A stretch of DNA of 63,973 nt, the filler included, from Octopus bimaculoides (taxonomy: Eukaryota): NCBI RefSeq assembly GCF_001194135.2. It is 4 parts of 3 records of this genome, joined end to end, with 100 filler letters (N's around TTAATTAATTAA, not from the genome) between each part and the next. Parts side by side here need not be neighbours in the genome. Positions count along the whole stretch, not along the records: positions 17,834 to 37,051 come from NC_068994.1; positions 37,152 to 53,889 come from NC_068984.1; 2 more parts are not named here. One strand, given 5' to 3'. Below, piece by piece: positions 36,483 through 50,381 of the stretch. Below the pieces are notes generated by a model. That model did no database searches, was not told the origin of the DNA, and saw only the letters and a list, made by a program, of their open reading frames with translations. Each line of letters begins with the position of its first letter. Positions within the stretch are counted from its first letter, which is position 1. The translations under genes and the position numbers were made by a program.

Positions 36483-37051
36483 TTCTTCATATGCATCCAC
36501 CCATCCATCTATTCATCCATTCACCCATGCATACATACACACAGGGAAGTGGAAACGATTCATAAGCAAGTTTTTGCATATGTATAGAAATTACGCACAA
36601 AAAAACGCACTTATATGTCAACCTATACGCGTGCATATGCGTGTGTGCGTGCACACGCATATGTGTTCTTGTGGGCGCGCATGCGTGTGTGCATGCGTTC
36701 GTGTGTTTGTGGGCGCGCGTGCGTGTTTGTGTGTGTGTGTGCGTGTGTGTGTATGTGTGCGTAATGTTTATAACAATGTAACTCGTGACATCTTTCTGTC
36801 CTTTGTAATGCTATTCATTTTTGATGACTTTATACAGTTATTATTCAATGTTGTTGACGACGACGACGACGACGACGATGATGATAATGATTCTGGAAGA
36901 GATGATGGTGATGATGATGATGATGATGATGATTCGGCTGAAAACAAACGAAGAACGTTTACGTTGCTATTGGATAGAATTATAGGTCTGTATATTGCTA
37001 AAATACACATATACAGACACACACATATATATATATGTATATATATATATA

Positions 37052-37151
37052 NNNNNNNNNNNNNNNNNNNNNNNNNNNNNNNNNNNNNNNNNNNNTTAAT
37101 TAATTAANNNNNNNNNNNNNNNNNNNNNNNNNNNNNNNNNNNNNNNNNNNN
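37052..37151. other. Artificial joining spacer (44 N + TTAATTAATTAA + 44 N)
   Basis: Same as 17734-17833. Confidence 0.9.
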
Positions 37152-37420
37152 GGTGGTGGTGGTGGTGATTGTAACCGTTATGATGATGGCTACGGTGGTG
37201 ATGGTGGCGGTGGTGGTGGTGGTGGTGATTGTAACCGTTATGATGATGGCTGCGGTGGTGATGGTGGTGGTAGTGGTGGTGGTTCCGGTGGTGATGTTTG
37301 CAACGTCGGCGGCGGTGGTAGTGGTAAGGGTAGAGGAGTGATAGTGTTAGGAATAATGGTATGGAGTGGTGGCGATGGCAGTGGTTATGGTGATGGTGTA
37401 GTGAATGGTGCTGGTGGTTT
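37152..37420. repeat. GGT/GAT-rich tract with a 60-bp tandem duplication
   Basis: ggtggtggtggtggtgattgtaaccgttatgatgatggct appears twice, 60 bp apart. Confidence 0.85.
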
Positions 37421-38174
37421 GGACGAAATGCGATATCAACAGTAGAGAAAATTCACAATACACAAACAACAACTATTCAACAGGATTAATGCATTTATAT
37501 TTTGCTGTCCCTCGCATTTATCACACTTAACGGAGATAAACATTAACATAAATTAACATAAATGTTAATGAGGAGAACTTGAAAAGAGAAATTTGCAAAT
37601 TCTTGCTACTTTTATTGTTTGTGTTTGAACACAAAATTAAAATCAATGAAATTAGAGTAAGGCGAGTTTAATGATAAGATAGTTAATATTGTGAGCCAGG
37701 ATATTGTAAATAATCATAAATTACATGTATTGAGGAGAAATAATCATGAATTAAAGGTCTAATTCTGACCAAGAAAGGCAAGGGAGACAATCTTGAAATA
37801 CTAATTAAAATAATTTAAAACAAGAGACAAATATTTTAAAATTATTTACAAATTTATTTTTCGTCTTTAGATTTACGCTTGCATTATACATCTTATCCTG
37901 TAATCCCTTCAGTTCCTCCTCTTTCCTCTGTTTTATCCAGTTTACAACCTGTACAATTATGTTCCCTATCATCCACCCACATACATACATACGTACATAC
38001 ATACCTACATACATACATACATACATACATGCATATGTATATGTGCGCGCGTGTATGTATGTATGTATGTATGTATGTTTGTATGTATGTATGTAGGTAT
38101 ATGTATCTCATGGCTGTTAACGCAAAAAAGTAAGGAAATAGTGTGTCCTTCTCATCAATTATTATATATATAAT

Positions 38175-38245
38175 TTGTTTCGATTCATATCCGCTACTGA
38201 ATTTATAAAAATTCCCATTTATGCATGTGAGTCTCCTCAGGGTAA
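38175..38245 (-). ncRNA. Degenerate hammerhead in the inverted pseudo-LTR
   Basis: Minus strand: CCCUGAGGA GACUCAC...AUGAAUC GAAA CAAAUU. Confidence 0.5.
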
Positions 38246-38981
38246 TATTTATTCAGAAAACAGACAAAAATTCCATGCAAGGACTGCTAAATCATAATAG
38301 AGACTGATTTAAAATATACCTATGTAATAAAAACAAAATTCAAATAGATAAAACAATTAAGTAAAGAAAAATTACAATGGTCATAAAAGGTTCTCATGCA
38401 TCTCCAATAATATTAATCTAATGATATTTTAATCGAAAATAATCACTGCTCATTTTATTATATAATAAGATCTATATAATATGTTCAGAATTTATGATGA
38501 AGTGGGAAATATATTTTATTTAAAATTACTATATACTATGATGAAAAAAAATGAATAAGGATATATTTTATTCAGACACTAAATTCATTTAAAAGAATTT
38601 TAATCAACGATTCATTCACTCAAAAGTCTCTACTAAATTCGCCGACGTACGATTATTATAAATTATACTATTTCTTACATAAAATCGATAATGATATATA
38701 AATATATAAAGTATCAGAATTTTACTTAGTTTTACAGAAGGAAATAAATTAGAGTAAACCAATAGCTTTATTATTCTATAATTTTTATGTGTATATAAGT
38801 TCGAAAGAACATAATATAATGATATATATTAAACATTATAGGTTCTACAAGAAATATTCATAATTATTCAAAAAGATATATAATTATATATAATAATTAT
38901 TCTAATCTATTTATTCGTACTTATATAAACATTATTTTTAGTAAATAACAAGTAAAAAACACAAATTTATTTAGTTTATCA

Positions 38982-40470
38982 GCTGATTCTGCCCAAGTTA
39001 CTGATCTAGTAGGTATATATATTCTATTTCATTTTAGTAATGAATTTCCAGATATTAAAGGCGGACTGTATAGAGATGATGCGCTGTTTATGATTAATAG
39101 TCTATCAAATAGGAAATTAGGTCTCTATAAGAAAAATTACATAGTTTTTAAAAGATTTGGTTTATCTATTTCTGTTGAAAATGGACATGATTCTGTTAAT
39201 TATTTAGATGGTAATCTGAATCTTGTTACTGGCCAATATAGCCCATATCATAAACCAAACAACAATTTGAAAGGTATTAAGTTTAATAGTAATCAACCTA
39301 AGGCAATTACACGAACTTTCGTTAATAATATTTCGTTGCGTGTTTCATATTTATCTTCTAATGAGGAAATCTTTAAACAATAATGCAGAATATTATAATG
39401 TTGACCTTAAAAAAGCGGGATATGTGCATAGGATTGTATATTGTAATAAAAATGAAGACTACAAAAAATATTATTATAATAATGATAAATCGGTTGACAA
39501 CGGAATGTGTGGATCTAATAGTAAAGATGTGAGTTACAAAATTAAAATTAATAAATCTCATAAAATTATAAATAGTAATAAGGTCGATGAGATAATTAAT
39601 AAATTAACCATTACAGGATCTAAGGATAACCTAACTAAGAGCGGAATGAAATATGGTGTAAATGTATTTTCTAAAATCAATACCAATAACGTAGATACGC
39701 TAAACTTAGATTATGATAACAATGATGTTATTCACAATAAGGATAATACTAATATTAATAGTAATAGTATGAATAAGAAAATAGGCTTCAATTTAAGACT
39801 AAAAGGTATGCCCTTTATGCAGGCTTTGATAGACTTAATACTGTTAATTCTATAAATGATAATATTTGCTTTATTATTCCTTATGCAAGACAAATAAAAC
39901 GTAATTTGGTTAAGCTTTTTTACAGATCTATATCTAAACATTTTAATAAAGAAAATAAATATAATAAAACAATTAATAATAAAAAGATCAGAATTGTTTT
40001 TTCTGTATCTAAAAATGTGTTTAGAATCATCACTTCAATTAATAACAAAAAATTAGACATTTTTTTTACAATAGAAATAATAATAATTCTATTACTGATA
40101 ACTATGTCATTAGAACTTATGATTGTATGTTTAAGGATAAATGTTATTTCAATAACTTTTCTATGCAAAATAATTTTGCATATAGATGTAGAGTTGAATC
40201 TGAATGGAAAAATTATTTTTACATTGGGATCAACTGAAAATTTTATTAAAAAACGAATTGCAAACCATGAATATACTTTTAGGAACATGGATAGGTTGAA
40301 CAGTACCATTTTACGTAAGTATATATGGAAGTTAAAGGATGGTATGAAATTGTACAACATTAAATGGCAAATACTTAGTCATGCTAGATCTTATAAAATT
40401 GCTAATAATAGTATAACTTTTGTGTGGATGAAATATACCAAATTTTAAAATCAAAAAAGAAACTTTTTAA
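38982..40470 (+). pseudogene. Frameshifted PLE RT + Asn-rich linker + GIY-YIG endonuclease
   Basis: Motifs spread over ORFs 39090-39383, 39340-39855 and 39906-40448; frameshift at the YIG codons (about 40220-40230). Confidence 0.88.
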
Positions 40471-40749
40471 TGACAGACGTGAAAATGTTTTATCTTGTAA
40501 ACACTATTATAAATATGTGTTTAGAAAATTTTATCAAGTGTATTATTTCAAAGATTATATCTGATAATTCTTTTCTTATTAAAGATACACATACATATAC
40601 ATATACAAAATATGCATATGTATGTGTACGTAGCTATATATATGGTTATATATGTATGTGTTTTTTTAATTTTATGGCTTATGTGTGTGTGTATGTATGT
40701 GTATGTATATGCATGTATATGTATAAGGCCATATCTGAAGATGTATGCA

Positions 40750-40785
<36 letters not shown>

Positions 40786-41626
40786 NNNNNNNNNNNNNNN
40801 NNNNNNNNNNNNNNNNNNNNNNNNNNNNNNNNNNNNNNNNNNNNNNNNNNNNNNNNNNNNNNNNNNNNNNNNNNNNNNNNNNNNNNNNNNNNNNNNNNNN
40901 NNNNNNNNNNNNNNNNNNNNNNNNNNNNNNNNNNNNNNNNNNNNNNNNNNNNNNNNNNNNNNNNNNNNNNNNNNNNNNNNNNNNNNNNNNNNNNNNNNNN
41001 NNNNNNNNNNNNNNNNNNNNNNNNNNNNNNNNNNNNNNNNNNNNNNNNNNNNNNNNNNNNNNNNNNNNNNNNNNNNNNNNNNNNNNNNNNNNNNNNNNNN
41101 NNNNNNNNNNNNNNNNNNNNNNNNNNNNNNNNNNNNNNNNNNNNNNNNNNNNNNNNNNNNNNNNNNNNNNNNNNNNNNNNNNNNNNNNNNNNNNNNNNNN
41201 NNNNNNNNNNNNNNNNNNNNNNNNNNNNNNNNNNNNNNNNNNNNNNNNNNNNNNNNNNNNNNNNNNNNNNNNNNNNNNNNNNNNNNNNNNNNNNNNNNNN
41301 NNNNNNNNNNNNNNNNNNNNNNNNNNNNNNNNNNNNNNNNNNNNNNNNNNNNNNNNNNNNNNNNNNNNNNNNNNNNNNNNNNNNNNNNNTATATATATAT
41401 ATATTTGAATTTGTATCCATCTTGAATTAATAAACGGATAAAAAAATTAATGAATGTATGAATAAAGAAAGTGATAGTAAATTTTACTAATTAAAAAATT
41501 ATATGTGTACTAGGTTATGGTAAAATTTTGAAGTTATGCAAGACGACGTGAACAAAAAAAATTTTTTTCCTTGTGTTATTTTCCCAAACTTTATAATGTG
41601 ACAACATTATTTAACGTAATTGAATT

Positions 41627-41770
41627 TGAGGTCAATTTTTTTTTATTATACTAAACGATTTGTAAGTTTTTTTTATTTAAACTAAATGGTTTGTAGCTTG
41701 AGACAATTTATTTTATTATACTGAATGATTTATTAGTTCTTTTTATCTTAACTGAAAGGTTTATAGCTTT
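41627..41770. repeat. 72-bp tandem duplication in the PLE 3' region
   Basis: tgaggtcaatttttt...gtagct at 41627 and tgagacaattt...atagct at 41699. Confidence 0.75.
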
Positions 41771-42710
41771 CAACTAGTATATTAATTAGGATATCTATAA
41801 TATTTCAGTGGATTAATTTTTAAATTTAGCATTAAACACCATAAAATATATTTGTCGTAAGTATAAACTATATCACTATATTCGTAGTTAAATTTAAGTT
41901 ATGTTTTAAATATGCTTATATAAAATGATTATAAGTATCTAAATTCGATTTAATAATAAAAATAAATGAATGATCTTATAAAACATTTCTACTATAAGTA
42001 CATATTTCCGGTTATTTCTCCGTAAGCAGCGACGGTATAAATATATAAACATTGATTTGCAGTGGTATTTTTCTCTGATAAACTGAGTAAGTTTGTGTTT
42101 TTTACTTCTAATTTACTAAAAATAATGTTTACATAAGTACGAATAAATAGATTAGAATAATTATTATATATAATTATATATCTTTTTGAATAATTATGAA
42201 TATTTCTTGTAGAACCTATAATGTTTAATATATATCATTATATTACGATCTTTCGAACTTGTATACACATAAAAATTATAGAATAATATAACTATTAGCT
42301 TACTCTAATTTATTTCCTTCTGTAAAACTAAGTAAAATCCTGATACTTTATGTATTTCTAAATTATCATTTTATGTAAGAAATAGTATAGTTTATAATAA
42401 TTGTAACTTTATACGTTTGTTTAACGTCGACGAATTTAGCAGAAACTTTTGAGTGAATGAATCGTTGATTAAAATATCTTTAAGTAAATATTATTGCAGT
42501 TGCATAAGAACATTTTATGACCATTGTAATTCTTTTTTTTACTTAATTATTTTATCTATCTGAATTTTGTGATTTGTTTTTATTATATTTAATTTATTTT
42601 TGAATTATTAACACTCACTCTGGTAAACATAAGTATATTTTGAATCCATCTCTCTTATGATTTAGCAGTCCTAGCGTGGATTTTCTGTCAGTTTTTTTTA
42701 ACAACTATTA

Positions 42711-42780
42711 CCCTGAGGAGACTCATATACATAAATGTGAATTTTTATAAATTCAATAGTGGATGAGTCGAAACATATTG
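42711..42780 (+). ncRNA. Hammerhead-like motif at the PLE 3' end
   Basis: CUGAGGA (42713-42719), stem II GACUCAU/AUGAGUC (7 bp, long loop), GAAA (42770-42773), ACAUAU. Stem I pairing is not convincing. Confidence 0.6.
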
Positions 42781-43041
42781 CTGGTTTTATATTTTGGGGA
42801 TTTATAGTTGTTTTAATTTTTTGTTATATTATATTATATGTTTTTATATTATAATTACATTATATTATAATGTAAATAAATTTTTGATATGTCCATTGTA
42901 TTTCTCTATTTCCTTTAATATTTGAATTTTGTAATTATACCATTTTATTTGTGGTATTCAACTGAAGTACCATTGAAAATTGGATGTTTTCCATCCCTTT
43001 GAAAGGAATGGTTTTTTTTTCCTTGGTTTGATATATCTTAT

Positions 43042-43077
<36 letters not shown>

Positions 43078-44669
43078 NNNNNNNNNNTGTCTGTGTGTCT
43101 GTGTGTGTTGTGTGTCTGTGTGTGTGTGTGTGTGTGTGCACGCGCGCGTAGGTTCCTTATGCATTCCAAAACCGAGTTGCCGATTTTGACGTATGGGGTA
43201 TCACAAGATTCAGTAGGCTTTTGGCTACCAACTAAACTATATTTTCATTCACATATTTGCATTACAAAATTTTAACATTGACATTTTTCTTTTAGTCACC
43301 TATTGTAAACGGTATTTTATGTCACCACCACAACGACAATGACGGTACATTTTCTATATGAGTTTGTTCGCGCGTTCGTTACCTACGTTAGGCCGATGAG
43401 TGACAAGTATATGTGTGTGACCGTGTATGTGTCTGCCAGTATACATTTTTATGACGACCGACACACACAGGGACAGAGATAGGCTTCAGGTGTGCGTTAA
43501 TGTACGTGTGTGTGTGTGTCTTAGTTTATGCATGTAACTTTCTCTGGCCCAACAGTGAAACGCACCGATATTGAAATTTTAGTTGCGGCCTGGACTTTAA
43601 ACGAACTACAGCGTTCACTTTGAAGTACTACTAGCATGAAGATTTGGCTGATTTAACACCACTCACAATACTCGCAAATATATCTGAAAAAGAATGGTAT
43701 TCTGGTTATTATAACATATTCGGTAACTTGGCGAATATAATTAAAGAAATGTTATTCCACTCCTTCTAACCAGTTTCAAGATAATGTTTTTTTTTAACAG
43801 TCCTTGTATTCTTCAGCACAACCTTTTTACTGCATCAGTCAGTATTTATTCTACAGCTTATAACGTTACACAGTTAAAAAATATGTAGTAATGTCAAATT
43901 AATTTATATCTTACTACATACATCCTTCAACAAATATTTTAAATTAACGTTCACAACAACAGCAGCTTCCTTTCTATACACTTGGTTCAGCGTTTGTTTC
44001 AAAATTGTAAAATAAATTATTTTTGTATGAAAAATTGAATTATACCTTCCGAATTTTCTTGGACTTGCATTTTTTTTACCGTGATATTCAATCGTGAATT
44101 TTATAACATTTAGTACATCTTCCAAATAAATGTTGACTTTCTGCACTTTGTTACATTGGTGACACAATAATTTTTGCTAAATTGGTGACTTTCCATTTTT
44201 TATAGCATAACTATGCTACAGAAAATATGTTTTACACCTATATTGACTACATTTCGTTTCGCTTGAACATGTGTACATTCCCATAAATTTTTGTCTGAGT
44301 AGAATTCTTTGCATGCGTGAAACATCGAACGAAAGTGAAATATTGGAAGCAAATCGAAATATTGTCCGAATATGACCTGAAAATTGTGCGACCCAACGTA
44401 GTTGCCGCGGTTATTTTAGTTGTAAAAAAGAGTTGTTGAGTGAAAAACATAGTTTATACAGATGTGACTAATTCGGAGAAACATTACTTTCATTATTCAC
44501 ACATTGTCATTCTCGTAATGCAACACTTTGTAATTTTGGTTCAAATCGAAAGTGTGAAAACATTTTCATTTTCTAATGAAACTTGGTCGTTGTAGAGAAG
44601 TGTATTTGAAATAACTATAGCTGGTTGTTGAAATAACGTAGAAAATATGTAAATGAAAATAAAGTTTAT

Positions 44670-44990
44670 TTTGACATGTGTAATTGATTTGATTGTTCTG
44701 GTCTTAGCAGCAGTTGGTAAGAATAGAAGTCATTTCACGACACCTCTTTGTTTGTAATTGGCTATCCTGTTGCAGGTTCAATCCGTGGAATATTGAAGTA
44801 ATACCCATCTTGTCCATTCCACAGCATAAGATTATACTGGAGAGCATGATAAAAGGGATGAGTCTGCGAAACATGTTTAAGGTTGTTATCTTGAACACGA
44901 ATGAGAATATCATGATTTTCATGGGGATCACCAACCATAAAGATGGCTACTTCATTAGATGTGGGCTCATTAAAACAGTGTAAAATGTTC
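44670..44990 (-). mobile_element. Helitron RepHel fragment, pseudogenised
   Basis: FNEPTSNEVAIFMVGDPHENHDILIRVQDNNLKHVSQTHPFYHALQYNLMLWNGQDGY...TG*...EVS*NDFYSYQLLLR matches N.PT..EVA...VG...RDI...YDALQYPL.F..GEDG...VS..FYSY. Confidence 0.85.
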
Positions 44991-46129
44991 TTTACTATAG
45001 TTTACTATAGACGTAAGGAACGTAGAAACACACTCAGAGAATTGATATTGAAAACAGCAAAATGTACACTGCCAATGTTTCAATTTTACCTTTTTGGAAA
45101 ATGGGGAGATTTCTTCAGAAATAATGTCGTTTACCTGTTGTTTCTAGCATGTCGGGTTTTCTGACGGTGGTCTGGTATTTTTTNNNNNNNNNNNNNNNNN
45201 NNNNNNNNNNNNNNNNNNNNNNNNNNNNNNNNNNNNNNNNNNNNNNNNNNNNNNNNNNNNNNNNNNNNNNNNNNNNNNNNNNNNNNNNNNNNNNNNNNNN
45301 NNNNNNNNNNNNNNNNNNNNNNNNNNNNNNNNNNNNNNNNNNNNNNNNNNNNNNNNNNNNNNNNNNNNNNNNNNNNNNNNNNNNNNNNNNNNNNNNNNNN
45401 NNNNNNNNNNNNNNNNNNNNNNNNNNNNNNNNNNNNNNNNNNNNNNNNNNNNNNNNNNNNNNNNNNNNNNNNNNNNNNNNNNNNNNNNNNNNNNNNNNNN
45501 NNNNNNNNNNNNNNNNNNNNNNNNNNNNNNNNNNNNNNNNNNNNNNNNNNNNNNNNNNNNNNNNNNNNNNNNNNNNNNNNNNNNNNNNNNNNNNNNNNNN
45601 NNNNNNNNNNNNNNNNNNNNNNNNNNNNNNNNNNNNNNNNNNNNNNNNNNNNNNNNNNNNNNNNNNNNNNNNNNNNNNNNNNNNNNNNNNNNNNNNNNNN
45701 NNNNNNNNNNNNNNNNNNNNNNNNNNNNNNNNNNNNNNNNNNNNNNNNNNNNNNNNNNNNNNNNNNNNNNNNNNNNNNNNNNNNNNNNNNNNNNNNNNNN
45801 NNNNNNNNNNNNNNNNNNNNNNNNNNNNNNNNNNNNNNNNNNNNNNNNNNNNNNNNNNNNNNNNNNNNNNNNNNNNNNNNNNNNNNNNNNNNNNNNNNNN
45901 NNNNNNNNNNNNNNNNNNNNNNNNNNNNNNNNNNNNNNNNNNNNNNNNNNNNNNNNNNNNNNNNNNNNNNNNNNNNNNNNNNNNNNNNNNNNNNNNNNNN
46001 NNNNNNNNNNNNNNNNNNNNNNNNNNNNNNNNNNNNNNNNNNNNNNNNNAATAATAATAATAATAGGGACAAAATCGAAAATTACAGGTAAAAGATGAGT
46101 TCTTGAAACTTGGTTCTTTTCCCTAAAAC

Positions 46130-46218
<89 letters not shown>

Positions 46219-46662
46219 TATATATATATATATAGTATATATATATTTATATATAAATTCGCACACACACACATACATACATACATATGCACATGTATAT
46301 GTGTGTATGCAAGCATGTATGTATGTATGCATGCATGCATGTATGCATACATGTATGTATGTATGTATGTATGTATGTGTGTGATAGTGTGGATATTGTC
46401 TGTTTTGTTAAATGCCTTTAAATTTTAAATATCTGTCTAAAAGAAATATGGTGTCGCAGTTTTAATGCTTATGCATATTGTCAAAGTAGGCAGACGGATA
46501 GAAATCCTCCTCATTCATTTTGAGGTTAAACATTGTCATGTGATTCTACGTTGAAACACAAGGAATTACAGCTAAAATTGATGTCTTCCATAATTCAATC
46601 AAGAATTTACTGGTTCACGAACAGAATCAATAAAGCTCAGCTGAAAAACAATAACGACAAGC

Positions 46663-46712
<50 letters not shown>

Positions 46713-47029
46713 GCTACTACTACTACTACTACAGTGGAATATATGATGAATATGGTGGTGATGGTTATGATGTTGATGGTGCTTAAGGTGTTTGTGAAAG
46801 TAATGGGAGTGTAAGGCGGCGGTGGAGTGTTAAGTGATGGTGGTATTGGTCTTGGGTTGGAATCCTTGATCAAGCAGTGTGTTCAGTTCCTGAACAAGTC
46901 ATTTCATTTTACATTGTTACATTCAATTCTACTAACAATTAGTATCAACTCAATGCTTCCTTGCTTCTCTCCCCGCCCCTCTCTTTCTCTCCTTCCCTCC
47001 TTCTATCTCTGAATGGGTCAACTCTCGAC

Positions 47030-47390
47030 TATATTGGTTTCAAATTTTGACACAATGCTAGCAAGTTCGGGAGAAGGGGTAAGTCGATTACATCGACCCG
47101 AGTGTTCAACTGGTATTTTTTTTTATCGACCCTCAAAGGATGAAAGGCAAAGTCGGCATCGGCGAAATTTGAACCAAGAGCGTAAACATGAACGAAATGC
47201 CGCTATGCATTTCGCCCGGCGATTTTACCAGCTCACGCCTTTATGTCGTCAAATATTGGTTTCACATTTTGTTACAAGGCCAGTACTTATTTTATTGACC
47301 CCCGAAAGATGAAAAGCAAATACGACCCCGGCGGCATTTAAACTCAGATCGTAAAGCAATTTTTCCGGTAAGCTAAAAGTTCTACCAGCT
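47030..47390 (-). mobile_element. Two consecutive degenerate SINE family B copies
   Basis: Repeated tttattgacccc/gaaag(g)atgaaa cores. Confidence 0.75.
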
Positions 47391-48232
47391 TTAAGTCATG
47401 GCATCGACAAACACCTTCCTATAAAGATCGTAGACTTTGAACGTAAATTAGAAACAATTCTCAATGTTGATGGTTTTATTAGTAGTGGTGGGTGGTGCTA
47501 GCGTTTTTCCATGAACAGGATTTCAACTCAGAATACACAGAGCGGCAACAAGCACCGCAAAGTATCCTGTTCGGCGCGCTACCAATCCTGGCAGGCAACC
47601 GCCATGGACTAGCACTTTTTTTATGTCGTGGTCGACTTCGTCTTTCATTCATTCGGGGTCAGTCAAATACTCAGGTCGATAAAATCTAGTAAGCCACTCA
47701 TCTCGAAAATATTGGCTTTCTGCCTCATTTAGAAACAAAATATTATTAATTTTCTTCCGTGTTTCCCACCGTGCTGATTTCTTTAAAAGTGAGCAATAAC
47801 TATCAACCTAATGTATGTAACAAGATTAACAGTAAAGTATTTTGTTTTCCCTTCTCAATATTCTGCTGGTTCACAGCGAAAAATATACAGTAAATAAATG
47901 AAATGTTCAAAAACAAAAACAAAAAGTAAAAGTAATACAACCAAGTGAAAACATAGTCTTTTGGTTACGATCCAAATATTTTTGTTGGATCTACGCGAAA
48001 ATATCTTGGAACTTTTCAATAAATTACCACACCCTCTTCCTTGTAAATAAACATTATTGGATTTATTAAATACTAGACACATAGGCGCAGGAATGGCTGT
48101 ATGATTAAGAAAAATTCTTTGCAATCACGTTGGTATCGGTTCAATCCAAGAAATGTAGTCTTGAGTTGTCTAAAGCTTTTCGGTGGAACATAGTAGATGG
48201 AAACTCTCTCTCATATATACATACTTACATAC

Positions 48233-48263
<31 letters not shown>

Positions 48264-48264
48264 G

Positions 48265-48385
48265 GTTCCATGTTCAGTCCCACTGTGAGGTACCTTGGGC
48301 AAGTGTCTTCTACTATAGCCTCGGGCCGACCAAAGCTTTGTGAGTGGATTTGGTAGACGGAAAGTGAAAGAAGCCTGTCGTATAT
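48265..48385 (+). mobile_element. SINE family A head running into (TA)n and a gap
   Basis: gttcagtcccactgtgaggtaccttgggcaagtgtcttctactatagcctcgggccgaccaaagc. Confidence 0.9.
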
Positions 48386-49003
48386 ATATATGTATATATA
48401 TATATATANNNNNNNNNNNNNNNNNNNNNNNNNNNNNNNNNNNNNNNNNNNNNNNNNNNNNNNNNNNNNNNNNNNNNNNNNNNNNNNNNNNNNNNNNNNN
48501 NNNNNNNNNNNNNNNNNNNNNNNNNNNNNNNNNNNNNNNNNNNNNNNNNNNNNNNNNNNNNNNNNNNNNNNNNNNNNNNNNNNNNNNNNNNNNNNNNNNN
48601 NNNNNNNNNNNNNNNNNNNNNNNNNNNNNNNNNNNNNNNNNNNNNNNNNNNNNNNNNNNNNNNNNNNNNNNNNNNNNNNNNNNNNNNNNNNNNNNNNNNN
48701 NNNNNNNNNNNNNNNNNNNNNNNNNNNNNNNNNNNNNNNNNNNNNNNNNNNNNNNNNNNNNNNNNNNNNNNNNNNNNNNNNNNNNNNNNNNNNNNNNNNN
48801 NNNNNNNNNNNNNNNNNNNNNNNNNNNNNNNNNNNNNNNNNNNNNNNNNNNNNNNNNNNNNNNNNNNNNNNNNNNNNNNNNNNNNNNNNNNNNNNNNNNN
48901 NNNNNNNNNNNNNNNNNNNNNNNNNNNNNNNNNNNNNTGGGTCCCTCTTAAAAATTTTCTGGCCCTGTGCCTAGAGTAGAATATATGTGTGTGTGTGCGT
49001 ATT

Positions 49004-49041
<38 letters not shown>

Positions 49042-49861
49042 TATTTATATATATATACATATATACATATACATGTATATATGCCTATATTTACATGTAT
49101 ATATGCATATATTTACATGTATATGTACATATACATGTAAATATATGCATATATATGCGTGTATATATACAAACATGGAATGGTTTTCAGGTCTTTTATT
49201 ACGGTATTTTAAAAGAAATGTAAATGTAAATATATTTTATAATGTTCATAAAGTTCAATTAGCGCTTTCATACGTTCGTAGTAATGGTCAGATTTCAAAA
49301 TGTATTTAACTGACAGTTCAGTTCTTGACAACTGTAGTAAAATGACTGACTTCTTCCCTTTTGTACCTCTTAGAAGGCTCCAACAAGCCGAATTTTTGGA
49401 ATACGGTTTTGACCAATCTGCATGTAGCTTAAACTTCACGGTTTGCCGGGCATACCAATATTACTGGCACAGATCCTGCCTTTATTTCAACCAATTAGCT
49501 TGCGGTTTACATGTAATGAATGGTTTTATGAGTTGAGCAAACTTAGTTGGTTTCGATCATTTTTATTTCAGTTGGAGGGAGTTTTCTTTAATTTGTTTAT
49601 ATTCATATATTACAGATATTTTTTAATTCACATCATTAACTGGTTGCTATATTATTGTTGTTATTTCCGTTCATTTTAATAAACCGTTTTTTTTTATCTT
49701 TCTTCCACACACACACATGTTGTACTGGAAGTAATGCAAAAGCAAGCGTAACATTTGTATGAATAGACATAAGTCGCTCTAATTGCATATGGTAGTAGTA
49801 TAACTCTTCCGCCATAGTAACCCTTCTTGTTCTTCTTCATTGCTGGCAAGTAATAGGCTTC

Positions 49862-50020
49862 ACACAGAGGCAACGGACCACCATTGAGATTTTAGTTAGG
49901 GAAGAGTGTAGGCTGTCTGACATGCACCAAAGGCTACAGGTTGTTTACAGAGATGACTCGATTGACAAGAGCAACGTGTATAGATCGATGAAGTTAAAAG
50001 GAGAGGAAAGCAGCACTGAA
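49862..50020 (+). mobile_element. Mariner transposase N-terminal HTH fragment
   Basis: RQRTTIEILVREECRLSDMHQRLQVVYRDDSIDKSNVYR fits RQR.VIEFL..E...EIH.RL..VYG...ID.S.V.RW. Confidence 0.7.
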
Positions 50021-50178
50021 TGTAGGTGGCGGTAAGCAATATGTACCAAAAAGGAGAACTATAACCGTCATTAAATATGACTGAGGGTGTCGTTCATACA
50101 GACAGGGGCCGTAATCACCCGTAAAGCAGCGGTCGAGATAACACTCAGTGGAGCACCATTTTGGTCAACACGCAAATA

Positions 50179-50282
<104 letters not shown>

Positions 50283-50324
50283 ATACACAGTGATCTTCGT
50301 CCGGGAACAGCTGAAGTCGAGCCG

Positions 50325-50381
50325 ATCCCACTGAAGAAGCTACAGCAAAAGCCGAAACTGATCGACCGATCAATCAGGGAA
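50325..50381 (+). ncRNA. Type I hammerhead, slightly degenerate
   Basis: AUCCCA CUGAAGA A GCU ACAGCAAA AGC C GAA AC UGAUCG AC CGAUCA AU C AGGGA. Core and stem II present, near-palindromic stem III, partial stem I. Confidence 0.6.

Larger units (their letters stand above)
38170..42790 (+). mobile_element. Penelope-like element, 5' truncated in RT, preceded by an inverted copy of its 3' end
   Basis: 38170-38981 is the reverse complement of about 42076-42780. RT DSAQVTDLVGIYIL...GLYRDD...VNYLDGNLNL...YHKPN...LSSNEEIF; GIY-YIG AYRCRV...YIG(S)TENFIKKRIANHEYTFRN...KYIWKLKD...IKWQIL. Confidence 0.9.

Noticed and set aside
43760-43820. Minus-strand CTGAAGA...GAAACTGGT motif
   Set aside because: Stem I cannot form and stem II is poor; compatible with chance in AT-rich DNA.
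49300-49680. Overlapping ORFs of 76-78 aa in unique sequence
   Set aside because: No family motif recognised; stops in all frames and weak splice signals.
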